Origin: Prasinococcaceae sp. CCMP 1430
Taxonomy: Eukaryota; Plantae; Prasinodermophyta
Length of the DNA: 64,000 nt
Reading direction: 5' to 3'
Assembly: GCA_013416795.1 (NCBI GenBank)
Contig: RQSC01000009.1
Location: 154,480 to 218,479 of the forward strand
In this document: positions 43,985 through 55,606 of the stretch, in pieces
How the letters are laid out: every line of letters begins with the position of its first letter
Numbering within the stretch: the stretch's first letter is position 1
Translations under genes and position numbers: made by a program
Notes under the pieces: generated by a model
What the model was told of the DNA's origin: nothing
The model's database searches: none
Seen by the model: the letters and a program-made list of their open reading frames with translations, nothing else

Positions 43985-46141
43985 TCAAGTCATCTCTCGC
44001 TCGCCATCGCTATCGCCACCTGATGGCCCAAAGGCAGCACCGGGAGAGGTGGGCGAAGCAGGCGAAGCAGAGGCGTGTGGGCTTTGTGGTACGCTGGTGG
44101 AGCCCGTGCGCTTCAGCAGGTGACGCGCAAGCGTCGCGGTCTGCGATGCCGTGCGTTTGACGCGCGCGCCAGCCTTCGAACCAGCGCGGCGCACTTGCTC
44201 TGCTGAAATCTTCTCCCATGGAAGCGTCAAGCTCTTGCTCCTATGCACGTCGCGAACGTACTCGTCCAACTCGCCGCTGCCCGCATCTGCGCTGCTCGGG
44301 CCCGCGCGACCCGTGACCGGCGACATCTCGACCTCGCCTTTGTCTTGCTGCCCGTGGTGGCTCCCGTTGCCAGTGTCTCCGTTATTTCTGCCACTGGATG
44401 CCGTCCTGAGCAGCATCTCCAACTGGGCCTCGTTCGCAACGGGCTCTTTGAGATCCATGCGCCGAATGAGGAAGTCCGTGGTGCCGCCGATGACAATGAC
44501 AGTCGTGAGAACAATTAGCGCTGTGGTCGTGAAGATCGCGTCCCCGACAAAACTCGCGCTCTCGAGCGCAGCCTGTTGCTGGGCCCCGTCGACGGCGGTG
44601 CCGTTGCCAGCCGCGCTTGCTGCGGCCTCCTCGACGGCGCGCGCAAGGACCGACGACCGGAATCGAAGAGCGAGGGCGAAGGCGATCGCGCCGCGTAGGC
44701 CTGCCCACCAGAGCATCAGTTTGTGGCTCCACGGTATTGCTCGAGCCTTGCGAGTGCGCACCGCATTGACCATGCGCACCATCGGGAATATGTTGCACGC
44801 CCTGGCCACCAGGCACGCCACCAGCGAGACCACGAAGAACACTGGCGCGAAATCCATGGGCTGGATGAGCACTGCAGTGCCCATATACACGAAAACTCCG
44901 GTTTCGGCGATCTTCGCGAGCGCACGGTAAAACTCGATTGACACGGCGCGCGCGCCGGGAGATGCCACAGGCCTCGCGTAGCGCGCCATCGCAATACCAC
45001 AAAATAGAATGGCGACGATGCCCGAGAGCTTTGCGTAATCGGCGAGCATGTAGGCCGCGAGCGGCGCGAGCAGCAACACAGAGAGCTCGAACGTCGCATA
45101 CTCCGCCTCCTCGTGCTCTGCGGCGTCGAGCTCCTGCTCCTCCGCAACGTCACGGTGCCTGCCCATCAAGTAGTCCTCGTCATTGCCATTGGCCTCCTGA
45201 ATGTCAATCCCCACCCCTCCGTGTCCATTCGCGCCTGAGGCCGCGCCGTCGTCCTCATCGTACCCCCCGCTCACTGGGCCATAAGTGTGCTCGTCCTTCG
45301 AGTTGGCCGCTCGCGTTCTGGCCTTCTCCTCGCTGCTTTCCCAGAAGCGCCACCAGCAAATGAGCCGCACCAGGAGTGCTGTGCACACGCCGATGATGAG
45401 CGAGCCGAAGAAAACGAGCATGAAGGACAAAACACCGCCGGCCACCGCTCCGGCCGTCAGCTCGGTGTCCTTGAACGAATCGAGCGTCGTATACAGCACG
45501 ATGGCGACCGCGTCGTTAAGCACGGATTCGCCATAGATCAGCGACCAAAGGTTGAGGTCCGCGCCGACCTTCTGAAAAATGCTCAGCACCGTCACGGGAT
45601 CGGTCGCGCTAATGAGCGAGCCGAAGAGCAGCGCGTCCAGCAGCGTGATCGGGAAGGAAATGCCCACCGCGCCCGCGCCATAGCAGATGAGCCCAACGAG
45701 CACCGCGCTCACCGCCGTGCCGATGAATGCGAAGACGAGGATGGCGCCGAAGTTCTTGACGAAGCGAAAGAGCGCCATCTGCGGCATGCAGTACCCGGAC
45801 TCGAAGATGATGGGCGGGAGCAGCACGAGGAAGAAAAGCTTGGGGTCGAAATTGACCACGCTTGACAGGCTCAGCCCTCCGATGCCATCGGAGGAATCCG
45901 CGTCCACGAAGCGCACCACCAGCCCAAAGACGAGGCCCGCGAGAAGGCCGACGGCAGCCTCGCTTATCCACATGAATTGATACCTGTCGAGCAGGGCGCC
46001 CGACGCGAGGACCCCCATCAGCAGCGAGATCGCCACGAAGAGGCCGAGCGCGCCCGCCTGCTCGGCGGCCTCGCCCTCAAGCTCTTCTACCGGCAGCACC
46101 TCCTCTTCGATCGCGGTCACATTGCTCGCGTTGCCGATCAT
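43985..46141 (-). CDS. NHX: Intracellular NHX/NHE-type Na+(K+)/H+ exchanger (CPA1), intronless
   Basis: FFLVLLPPIIFESGY, FGSLISATDPVTVLSIF, GESVLNDAVAIVL, LSGIVAILFCG, WWAGLRGAIAFAL. Confidence 0.93.
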   Translation of the reverse strand: MIGNASNVTAIEEEVLPVEELEGEAAEQAGALGLFVAISLLMGVLASGALLDRYQFMWISEAAVGLLAGLVFGLVVRFVDADSSDGIGGLSLSSVVNFDPKLFFLVLLPPIIFESGYCMPQMALFRFVKNFGAILVFAFIGTAVSAVLVGLICYGAGAVGISFPITLLDALLFGSLISATDPVTVLSIFQKVGADLNLWSLIYGESVLNDAVAIVLYTTLDSFKDTELTAGAVAGGVLSFMLVFFGSLIIGVCTALLVRLICWWRFWESSEEKARTRAANSKDEHTYGPVSGGYDEDDGAASGANGHGGVGIDIQEANGNDEDYLMGRHRDVAEEQELDAAEHEEAEYATFELSVLLLAPLAAYMLADYAKLSGIVAILFCGIAMARYARPVASPGARAVSIEFYRALAKIAETGVFVYMGTAVLIQPMDFAPVFFVVSLVACLVARACNIFPMVRMVNAVRTRKARAIPWSHKLMLWWAGLRGAIAFALALRFRSSVLARAVEEAAASAAGNGTAVDGAQQQAALESASFVGDAIFTTTALIVLTTVIVIGGTTDFLIRRMDLKEPVANEAQLEMLLRTASSGRNNGDTGNGSHHGQQDKGEVEMSPVTGRAGPSSADAGSGELDEYVRDVHRSKSLTLPWEKISAEQVRRAGSKAGARVKRTASQTATLARHLLKRTGSTSVPQSPHASASPASPTSPGAAFGPSGGDSDGEREMT

Positions 46142-46389
46142 CGCTGCCGCGCGGGCAGAGGCCCCTCCGGTCACGCGCGCTGCGGCGGCGCGTGCCGCCG
46201 CGCCCTCCCGCAAGGAGCAACAGCACTTGCCGCCGGCCGGCGGCTGATTCGCTCCCGCGAAAAAGCGCAGGCACGCGCTCCCCTATCCGGGAACGCCCTC
46301 GCGCACGGCGCGGTCCCAGGCCGCGCGAGCGCCCCACGACCTCCCCCCCCCCCTCTCTCTCCCCCTTCTCTTTCGCAGACAATAGCGAG

Positions 46390-46420
<31 letters not shown>

Positions 46421-47182
46421 TTCCCTCCTCCTCCCCCTCCCCACGGGGGGGCACACTCAACCCGGCCGAGGTGTGGCACGCCCCGCAGCGCGCGCCGCCG
46501 CGCAAGCCACAACCGCCCTCGCGCGCGCGCGAGAAAAAAAAAGAAAAAAAACACGCATCTGAAATGATCTCGCCCGCAACGCGCCGCCAACTGCCAAAGT
46601 GCGCGCCGATTTTGTTCCGGTCGGAGACGCGTGATCACCTCTTGTGACGAACTCCGAGGCAATAAAGGGTCTATCTTGCCGAAATCATAATCAATATTGC
46701 TATTCATACTGTGCGATGGGGGTTTAGGTTCGGTGAGAAACCTTAAAAGAGAGGATCTCGCAGGCACGCAGCTCGCGTGGTCCGTTCGCGGCGCGAAAGG
46801 AGCCAGCGCCGCCGTTCCTTCTTGGGATGGCACGTGCTACGCAGCTCGCTACACGTGGAGTGTACGTGTGCGCGCGCACACACCGACGAACGCCGGAGGG
46901 GGACGAGGTGGAGAGCCGGGGCGCGCGAGCAGACCCAGCGGCTCGGCGATACCGCGTCACGCGCCGATCGGTGCATCCCGGTGTCGATGCATCACCGCCA
47001 GCGCGCTCGCCGCCGGAGGGAGCTGGCGGGCACTGGCGAGAGCTGGCGAGGCGACGGCGGCGCGGCCCATTCGAAGCAGCGGCGTAGGCGCAGTCAGAGG
47101 AGGCAGGGAGACGCGCCAGACGCGATTAAAGGAGACTTACAGTGCCACACTGGTACCAACGAACATTTGCAGTGCTGCCGCT

Positions 47183-50100
47183 TCAGGCCTTCGACTCCCC
47201 CTCGTCGTCCTTGGACTTGAGGAGGGGCTCGCCGTCGGCGCCGAGCACGGTCCACCCGTCCACGCTATGCTCCACGGGCACCGCGGCCGAGTTGCCAACG
47301 ATCGCGATCGACATGGGCTTTCCCACGAGGTGCGCCTCCGCCGCGGCGCGCAGCGAATCGGGAGTACACGCCAGCAAGGCGTCGCGAAAGCGTTGGCGCG
47401 ACGCGTCGTCCAGGCGGTTGGTGAAGAGCGCGGTGCCGCGCGACTGCGGCGAGAGGGGGGCGTCCAGAGATTTGAACGCCCTGAGGTGTGCCTCCTGCAG
47501 GTCCTTGGCGGTGATGCTGCCCGGTGTCGCTGCCCACGTCACCGCGCCCTCGAAGGCGCGCAGCGTCGCCAGCGTGCCAGGGTCGCGGTATGAGGAGCAC
47601 GTGAACGTGCCTGTCATCGGCGAGGCCGAGCAGCCTCCGCCGTACGCCCCGCCCTTCTCGCGGATCTCGCGATGCAAGTAGCACGTGCTCATCGCCTGCG
47701 CGAGCAGGTAGAGCGCCGCAGAATCGGGGTGTTCGTACGGCACGGTGCGCACGGACGCCACGCAGTAGTTGGTCTGCGTGGGCACCGCCACGAACGTCTT
47801 CGCGTTGCCGGGCTCGAAGGATGACAGCGCATCGCCCAGCGTGCGTTCAGTCTCTGCCCCGCACTCGTCCGTAGCTGCTCCCTTCCTCGCGGCGGTCAGC
47901 CGATCGAGGAGGCTCCCGAGGCCTTCGCGCGCGGCGTCCAACGCGCCCTCCTCGGCAGAGAGCCTCGCCCGCAGCACGGGGGCGCCCCCGCCAAACACGT
48001 GCGCCGCGATCTCAGCCATGGCAGCGCACACCTCGCGCGTGCCAGCTTGGCCCTCGCCGACGAGGCGCTGGAGCTCTACGACCAGAGGCAGGCCCTCGCT
48101 CCTCTCCTCCACCGCCGAATATGGCCTGATCGCACTCTTGGCGAGCGAGGCGGCGTACGCATTGCCCTGGGAAGACAGAGACGATCCGACTGCTGCGGCC
48201 AGCCTCGTGAGCAGTACTTCCACGCGTCCCTCCTCGGTTGTCCAGCGCGCCGAAGTGGCCACGTCTCCCAGGAGCTCAAACATCGTGGCCACATTCCTGT
48301 CCAGCGCGTGCGCGCGCAGGGACACGACCGCTTCGCAGCGGTCTGCATCGGAGATTGCAGGCACAAAGTCCTGCTCGGCGCTGATACCTCCCGTCGTGGC
48401 TTTGATGGCCTGGCTGAGCTCGCGGTAGTCCATCTTCTCGGTGCCCAGATCAGAGATCCACGACGTGAAGAGGTCAAGGTACGGGACGAGGCGGTCGGGC
48501 AGACCTCGCACGTCGAAGACTACCTTCGCGAACGTGAGTCCGTTGGTGGGCTGCACGTCCACCTGCAGCGGCACGCCTCGGCACTCCTCGTGCTTGCTTG
48601 GGTAGGTTTGCGCAAGCCGTGGCACCACGTCGACCGTCAGCGTTGGGAGAAGCTCAACGTCCGCCTCGGCCTCCTGCGCTTTCTTGAGCGCCACGCACTC
48701 CTCCACGATGCGCTGCTTGTCATCGCCTGTCAGACCCTCCTCGATGGCCGCCACGCGCTCCTCCTCGGCCTTCTCGAGCTTGGCATCGTACTCTTTGTCT
48801 GCCGTGGCAACAGTTGTCACGCGATGCTTGTTATCCACCAGGTGCCTGCGAAGCAGGCTCTGCCAGTAGTTGGGGTCGGCATCGAGCGCGCGCACGAGCT
48901 TCGCTGCGTTCTCCGCCGTGCGCAGCGGGCGGAGTGCGTCGCCACCGTGTACCCATGTGGACATCACCGCCATGCCCGTCTGGATGCCGAAGCTGGAGCT
49001 CACGCGCGCGGCTCCGAGCTCCAGCTGGTGAAGCGTGGCATTGACGCGCTCCCGCGGAAAGCCCTCGCGCGCCACCTCGTCCACGGTTGCCAGGATCACC
49101 TCCTCCACCTTTGCAATATCGTCGTCAGCGACGCCCTTGAGCCCCACGCTGAAGCTGGTCTCGCGGCGCGACGACGCGTAGCCCGTGCCAGGCGCGAATC
49201 CGGACCCGAGCTTCGACTCGAGCAGCGGCGCGTAGAAGGTCGCCTGGGGCCCCGACAGCAAGAGGTCCGAGGCGACGCGAAGGGCGAAGCTGTCCAGCGA
49301 CTCGCCGTCGGCGATTTGGTTCACCTGCAGCCACGCCACGCTCACCACGGACTGTTTGGTCGGGTCGGCCACCACGGCGTCCGCCGGCACTCGCACCTCG
49401 TTACGCTGCGGCTCCGTGTAGCGCACTTCGTCCGTGACGTCGAGCGCGCTCACGTCCAGGGCATCGAAGGCTCCCAGCGCGAGGTCCTGGGCACGCTGCA
49501 GCGTGGCTTCCAGTGGGAGGTCACCGTACGAGAAGAAGCGCGCGTTGGAGGGATGGTAGTGCGTGCGGTGGAACGCGACGAGGTCGTCGTGCGTGAGCTC
49601 GGGGATGCTCACCGGGTCACCTCCCGAGTTCCAGTGGTACGTGCTGGTGGGGAAAAGCTTGGCCCCCACCGCGCGATGCAGACGCGCGCCCTGAGAGCCC
49701 ATGGCGCCCTTCATCTCGTTGAACACGACTCCCTTAAACATGAGGCCGCTCTCGGGGTCCGTGGTGTCCTTGAACTCGAGCCTGTGGCCCTCCTGCAGGA
49801 AGTCCACACGCTCCAGCCGTGGGAAGAAGGCCGCGTCGAGGTACACGCCAAGCAAATTGAAGTAATCCTGTTCGTTCGGCGTGCTGAAGGGGTACATGGT
49901 GTAGTCCGCCGCCGTCATCGCGTTCATGAAGGTCGACAGGGAGCGCTTCAGCATGTTGAAGAACGGGTCGCGCACGGGAAAGCGCTTCGAGCCGCACAGC
50001 GCAGTATGCTCGAGGATGTGCGCGACGCCGGTGTCGTCCACGGGAGTCGTGCGAAACGCGACGTTGAACACGTTGTTGCTGTCGTCGGCGTCCACGTGCA

Positions 50101-50393
50101 GCCATCGCGCTACAAACACGCGCAAGCGTCAGCGCGCCGCACGACTGATGGTGATGTTCGCCCGACGGGCTCCAGGGGCGTGCCACGAGGCACAATGCGC
50201 GCTCACATGCACTGCGCACGACGCGCACGTACCACCCGTGCGCTTATGCAGCAGCTCGTAGCACACCACGTTGTACGCGTCCACCGGCGTGCGCAAAATG
50301 ACCTCAAACGCGCCGCCCGCGAGCGCGTCGCCCGGCGCGAACTCGCGCGCACCCGCGCCGCTCGCGCCATCGCTGCCACCCCCTCCCCCGCCC
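47183..50393 (-). CDS. PREP: Presequence protease (pitrilysin family M16C); exons <50393-50233 and 50109-47183
   Basis: TGVAHILEHTALCGSKRFPVRDPF (HXXEH), NAMTAADYTMYPF, GVVFNEMKG, PTNGL, IREKGGAYG. 5' cut at N 50394. Confidence 0.96.
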
Positions 50394-50592
50394 NCGCCGC
50401 GCTCGCGCTGTGGCGCGCGCGCGCCAGATCTACATCTCTGCGCAAGGTCAGCCGAAGAGCGCCCTGCGGGTGCGCGCGAGGTAGGTCAAATCGAACGCAA
50501 TCGGTTTTTTTTTTTGCCGCGTGCGTACAAACAGGACGCCACACACCGCGCGCCGCGCGCGCGTGCTCCCGCCGCCGGCGGCGCTGGCGACG

Positions 50593-51891
50593 ATGACGCG
50601 CGCCGCGCTGGCGGCGCTCGTGGCGCTCGTCCTGGCGGTGGCCGGGGACCACATGGCAGCTGCCGCGGCGAACGGCCCAGCGGACGGTGCCGAGGCCGGC
50701 GCGGCGGGCGCGCGGGCGCTGCTCCAATTGCATGCTGTGGAGCAGCAAGAACGCGGTGCAGGTGCGGGGGCTGTTGAGGATCTCTTCGCTCGCGCGCTGT
50801 CCTCCGACTACAGCTCGCTGGCGCCGGTGCAGGCCGCGCGCGCGTTGCGCGCGTGCATGGCCGCGCGTGGAGTGCTGGTGCGCGACGGCAGCGGCAAGCA
50901 GACCGGTTGGGCCGGGCAGCTCATCCACAGTGTCGACAGCGTTCCGCGCGACGAGCACGGGCGAGCGACGGGCCCCGCGGCGATGGTGGTCGGCCCGCTC
51001 ATCCCAAAGGCGAGTAGCACCACGCTGCGGAAAATGCACGGCCACAGCGATCGACCACCAGGGTTGACGGGGCGCGCCACGCCCAAACCGGCGGGTGCAT
51101 TTCAGCTCGCGGCGGTGCGCAACCCCGTCGACCACTTCATTGCAGGTTACAAGCAGAACGGGCTGTGGTTCAACAAGGCGAAGTACGCCGACGTGTACCC
51201 GCTGTTCCCGCACAAGCATGCCGACCCACGATTCCACAACATGACCATCGCCGAGCTCTACTGCAGCGCGAGCGATGAGGAGCGCCGCGAGAGTTTCGCC
51301 GAGCACGTCCGCTACTTTGTGACCGCACCCTTCGAACGCCGCGACGAACACCACGTGCCACAGCTGCACTGGCTGCAGAATTACGTGGCCAATGAAACCG
51401 GCAGCGTGGAAGTGAAGGTCATCGACGCGGTCGATGCGCTGGTGAGGCTGGAGAGGTTCGGGCGCGACTGGATAGATGCGATCAATGCTGCAAAGCCGGC
51501 GCACCCGGCCGCCGCTGCGTGGATGCACGAACGCATACAAGCCAAGGCCGAGGGAAAGGACCACGCGTATGTGGATGACGACCGGATGTCAGCGTGGAAG
51601 CCCATGTGCGGTGAGGACGGCTCGGCTCGGTATTATCGCACCGAAATGCGCGAACACGGTGGCAAGTTTGTGTCGTATGACGTTGCACCCGACGGGCGCG
51701 CGCACATCGGCTACACAGCCGTGGCATTGGGCCAGTTGCATCATCACTACGCGCTGAAATACATCGGCGAGCACATCCACACGCTCTGCAACTACCTCGT
51801 CAACGATTTCGTGTGCTTGCGCTACGCGATGCCAGCAGCGTGCCAGCTACAGCGCCCTGCGGATCCAATGCAAGCTGCGCCGTACGTGTAA
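50593..51891 (+). CDS. Secretory-pathway sulfotransferase-family (Sulfotransfer_2-like) protein
   Basis: N-terminal hydrophobic signal/anchor; 5'-PSB-like IPKASSTTLRK, 3'-PB-like VRNPVDHFIAGY, and HHVPQ. Confidence 0.7.
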   Translation: MTRAALAALVALVLAVAGDHMAAAAANGPADGAEAGAAGARALLQLHAVEQQERGAGAGAVEDLFARALSSDYSSLAPVQAARALRACMAARGVLVRDGSGKQTGWAGQLIHSVDSVPRDEHGRATGPAAMVVGPLIPKASSTTLRKMHGHSDRPPGLTGRATPKPAGAFQLAAVRNPVDHFIAGYKQNGLWFNKAKYADVYPLFPHKHADPRFHNMTIAELYCSASDEERRESFAEHVRYFVTAPFERRDEHHVPQLHWLQNYVANETGSVEVKVIDAVDALVRLERFGRDWIDAINAAKPAHPAAAAWMHERIQAKAEGKDHAYVDDDRMSAWKPMCGEDGSARYYRTEMREHGGKFVSYDVAPDGRAHIGYTAVALGQLHHHYALKYIGEHIHTLCNYLVNDFVCLRYAMPAACQLQRPADPMQAAPYV

Positions 51892-52173
51892 GGAGAACCA
51901 GGCCAAGCCACCCGCGTAGGGTGGCGGACGGAGTGAAACGACGTCAAATTTTTCTCGCTGAGTGTGACCGGGACCAGCCGCGGTTGACAGCGCGCGCGCG
52001 CGTGGGGGAACTCGCACGCATTGATACACACGCGTACGTACATTTTGGTCTTAGTCCTCTCGGCCTTGGTGCGAGTGGGACAGAACACGAAGTGGAGCGC
52101 TGGCGCTGGGCGCGAGTGTCGCGGCGGCCGGCTGCCTACAGCGCTGCTGTGCGCGCGCTCGACGTTCTCATCC

Positions 52174-53555
52174 TCATTCATCCGAGACCGTCTCGCGCAC
52201 GGTGGCGTCGGAGAAGCTGGTGCCTTCTGGGAAGGGGCACTTGAGGTAGCCGATGGTGTCGTACTCGAGGCTCCAAGGAGAAGGAGCGCGCTGGCACTCC
52301 GGCGAGCTCACGTCGCGGTACTCACAGGCATCCTCTTTGCCCGACTCCGCCTTCGCCGCGTCTTGTGCCGCGAAGTCGCAGTCCGCGGCGCAGTGGCAGC
52401 AGCCGGACTGCCCCGAAATGAAACCAGGGGCGTACCAGTAGTAGTCGTGCGAAGTTCCGTTCTGGAACTTGCCCCTGTTCCCCTGTTCGGCGCTGCTGCA
52501 GTTGACGTAGCCGCAGCACTCGACCTCTGTGACATCGCAGAAGACGGCGTGGCCGATGTGGAAGTCCTCGCCCGCGTAGTAGCAGCTCCCGCGAGAAGCG
52601 TTGCGGTCGAGGCAGACGTCGTCCTCGCAGGCGGTGTGAAGCTGGGCATCGTACTGGCGGTCGTGGTAGACCCCCTTGCCGAAGGCCTCGTGGCCGGCGG
52701 TCGCATTCGCAGCGATATCGGGTGCAAAGACGTTCTCGTCGGCCCAAGAGAGAGCGTTGGTCTCGTTGGTGGTCTCGCCCTCGATGCTGAAGATAACCTT
52801 GAGCCCGTCGGCGCACGAACCGTTGGAGCCGAGGTAGTACTTGCCGGCCTGGTTGAAGGTGATCATCACATCGCGCCCGCCCTTCGAGACGGGCTCCAGA
52901 ATGGTCGTGGAACCAGTGGTGTTGCAGTCCATCCAACTCGCCTCGTCCGCGTAGAGCGTCACGTCGCGACCGCCGAACACCAGAAACTCGGCCCAGTCGC
53001 CAGTGCTGCCGTTCACCGCTGAAGGGAACTCCACGCACCCGCCGTAGTGGGCAGCATGGACCTCGCTCACTGGCTCGGACCACGGGCACTCCATGTCAAG
53101 CATGGTGGGACCCTCGGAGGGGGCAGTCGCATCATCAAAGTCATCACAGCTGCTGCAGCCGTCGGTCCAGATGCCGCCGCCAGGCGCGCACGCGTCCTCG
53201 GCGGCCGCCAGGTCGCCGGCGGTCGCCGGGCAGTCACACACGTGTGAGACGGGACTGAATCAGACGTCCGCAAAGCACGAAGCAGGCGCACAGCGCGCCG
53301 CGCCGACGCCCAGCCAGTTCCGGCGCCGACAGACGGAGCCACCGTCGTGGAGGGTCAGCGCGAGCTACAACAGCGCGCCAGTGGACTCCGCGAGTGCGTG
53401 CTCACGCGCCCCGCACGGTCTGCCCGCGCCCGTCCGCCAATATTGGCAGCGCGCAGACGCGCGCCGCACCTGTAGCATCCGAACTGAGCGGAAGCGTGGC
53501 GCGGCGCGAGGCTCAGCGCCAGCGGGACCAGCAGGAGGGCGCGCGGCGGCGCCAT
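52174..53555 (-). CDS. Secreted Cys-rich protein with a phytocyanin/cupredoxin-like domain (signal exon from 53555; main exon 53254-52174)
   Basis: Signal peptide MAPPRALLLVPLALSLAPRHASA. DVTLY...WMDCN...ITFNQAGKYYLGSNGSCADGLKVIFSI is phytocyanin-like; many Cys pairs. Confidence 0.65.
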
Positions 53556-54070
53556 CTCCCGAGGCGCTGGCTGCGGCGGAGTGGAGGGGCGGTGAGAAGC
53601 GCGCTGGCGGGCTCTGGGTCGCGCTGCGCGGCAGTGGCGGTGTGGCGCGGGCGGTGCGGCACGCTGGCGCCAGCGCACGCAGCCCCCGCCCGCACCAAAA
53701 GATCTCACACAATTCTAAACACGTGCCACGACCGCAGCCACCACGCGCCACAGCCGCCAATTTCGCGCTCGGCGCCGGCGGTTACGACCCGTTGGTTGCG
53801 CCTACGTTCCGTCCCGGTCGCGGCACGCGCCGGCCACGCGCCCCCTGTCGCGTGACTCACCACTCGGAGCGCGCAGCTGCACGCAGGAGGTCGCGGCGGC
53901 CTCGTCCCAGCCAGGTACTCACAACCCCGTGCCAAATCGAGGGGGTGCTCACATCTCCCACGTTTTCGTCCTGTGTGTTCCGGCACGCACACGCGCGCGC
54001 GCGCACAAACATTACTCACACACGCACACACACGCACACACACGCATGCACCCTCACACGCGCGCGCGCG

Positions 54071-54077
<7 letters not shown>

Positions 54078-54125
<48 letters not shown>

Positions 54126-54312
54126 CACACACATACACACTCACACGCACACACACACACACACATACACACACACACATACACACACACACATACACAC
54201 TCACACGCACACACACACACACACATACACACACACACATACACACACACACATACACACTCACACGCACACACACACACACACATACACACACACACAT
54301 ACACACACACAC
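54078..54312 (+). repeat. (CA)n microsatellite with a 60-nt higher-order unit repeated about 3 times
   Basis: 54181-54240 is identical to 54241-54300, and 54127-54180 matches the same unit. Confidence 0.92.
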
Positions 54313-54572
54313 GCCCTTTGGCACACGGCCGCGGCGTACGGCGCCATGCAGTTCAGCGAAACTGGCGATGGTGCCAGCTGCTCCGGCGAGCTGCGCATCG
54401 AAACAACGTTTTGACAATTTGACGCCTGCAATGCCACGCGAAATATCTGGCAGGCAGGCGGCGCCACACGTTGGGGCCGCAACGGACGCCGGTGCCACTC
54501 GTGCCCTCGCTCGCGTGGACGCACGCCGTGATGACGCGCGCTGCGAGCGGCGCGAGGCGACAGTCGGCGAGC

Positions 54573-55235
54573 ATGCCATCGAGCACGCGCCGCACCTCCT
54601 CGGCCGGCGCCGGCGCGAGGCGCACCGGCGCATGCGCCTCCCAGTGCCTGTGCGCGCTCCTCGGTGTCCTCGTGGCCGTGCTCGGAGCGTCGCGCGTCGG
54701 AGCTGCGTCTATGGACCTGCTCAGCCAGTCGGCCCCGACCTGCACGGTGCAGCTCGACGCTATCTCGGCGAATGGCGGCGAGTCGGTCACGGGCAAGGTG
54801 AGGATGTACTTCCCGACGGACTCGTCCGCCGAGGAGTCGTACATGATCGCCTTCAGCGAAAAGCCAAACCGCACGGCGATCCGCATACCCAACGACTACC
54901 TTGTAGGAGACTTGGAGGAAGTGATTGGTGAAGTCCCGCCCAACGTCGCACTAACTGGCGCCACCATCGTGGAGGGGGGCGACATGAAGGCCGTCAACAT
55001 GATTTTCGTCATGGTGTCGGGCGCGACCGGGGCGTCCGAGGACGCGTCGGATATGAGCCCCTCGGTCATCGAGTACGCCTTCACGCAGCCACCGGCGCAC
55101 CAGTCGGCGAGCATCTTCCCGCCGGGAAACCTGACGGCGGACGCCACGACTATCCTCGGATGCGGGTTGCTGATCGACTTCTGCTGGTACTGTGATGGTG
55201 GAGGCTTTGGTGGTGATGGTGGTATAGGCAAGTAG
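54573..55235 (+). CDS. Hypothetical secreted/type II protein
   Basis: Hydrophobic CLCALLGVLVAVLGA followed by a beta-rich globular segment; no family recognised. Confidence 0.6.
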   Translation: MPSSTRRTSSAGAGARRTGACASQCLCALLGVLVAVLGASRVGAASMDLLSQSAPTCTVQLDAISANGGESVTGKVRMYFPTDSSAEESYMIAFSEKPNRTAIRIPNDYLVGDLEEVIGEVPPNVALTGATIVEGGDMKAVNMIFVMVSGATGASEDASDMSPSVIEYAFTQPPAHQSASIFPPGNLTADATTILGCGLLIDFCWYCDGGGFGGDGGIGK

Positions 55236-55606
55236 TCCTAGCTACCAGCTAGCCAGAAGGCTTGCGTAGCGCTTTGTGCCGCAGAGACCCCGGGGCCTAG
55301 GCATCAAGTGACCGTGTCATATGTCTGATCGGGTCACTGCGTCGACCATCTATACTGGCAGGTCGACCGTGACCGTGTTAGTCGCCTGTGCCGCCCCTGG
55401 CAGTTAGCCGTGCGTGGCACTATCATGTAGGATAATAATGTCGTGAGTAATTTGGTCGTGCAATGCCGCGAGGAGTCGCATCCTGGGCGGCGCGGAGGGC
55501 AGGCCATGGGCATCTGACCGGTGCTGACGACAGACACTGTCGCAAATTGTTGCTCCCGTTACATCGTTGGCCACGTCTGGGATGGAGGCGCAGGCGAGGC
55601 AGGTGC

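Noticed and set aside
1432-46800. Frequent TTTCGCGC/GCGCGAAA (E2F-like) sites
   Set aside because: Expected wherever (GC)n runs abut A/T tracts in this genome; no enrichment test was possible.
50427-50468. Mini-exon-like IYISAQGQPKSALR flanked by AG and GT
   Set aside because: Too short to assign, and adjacent to the N join at 50394.
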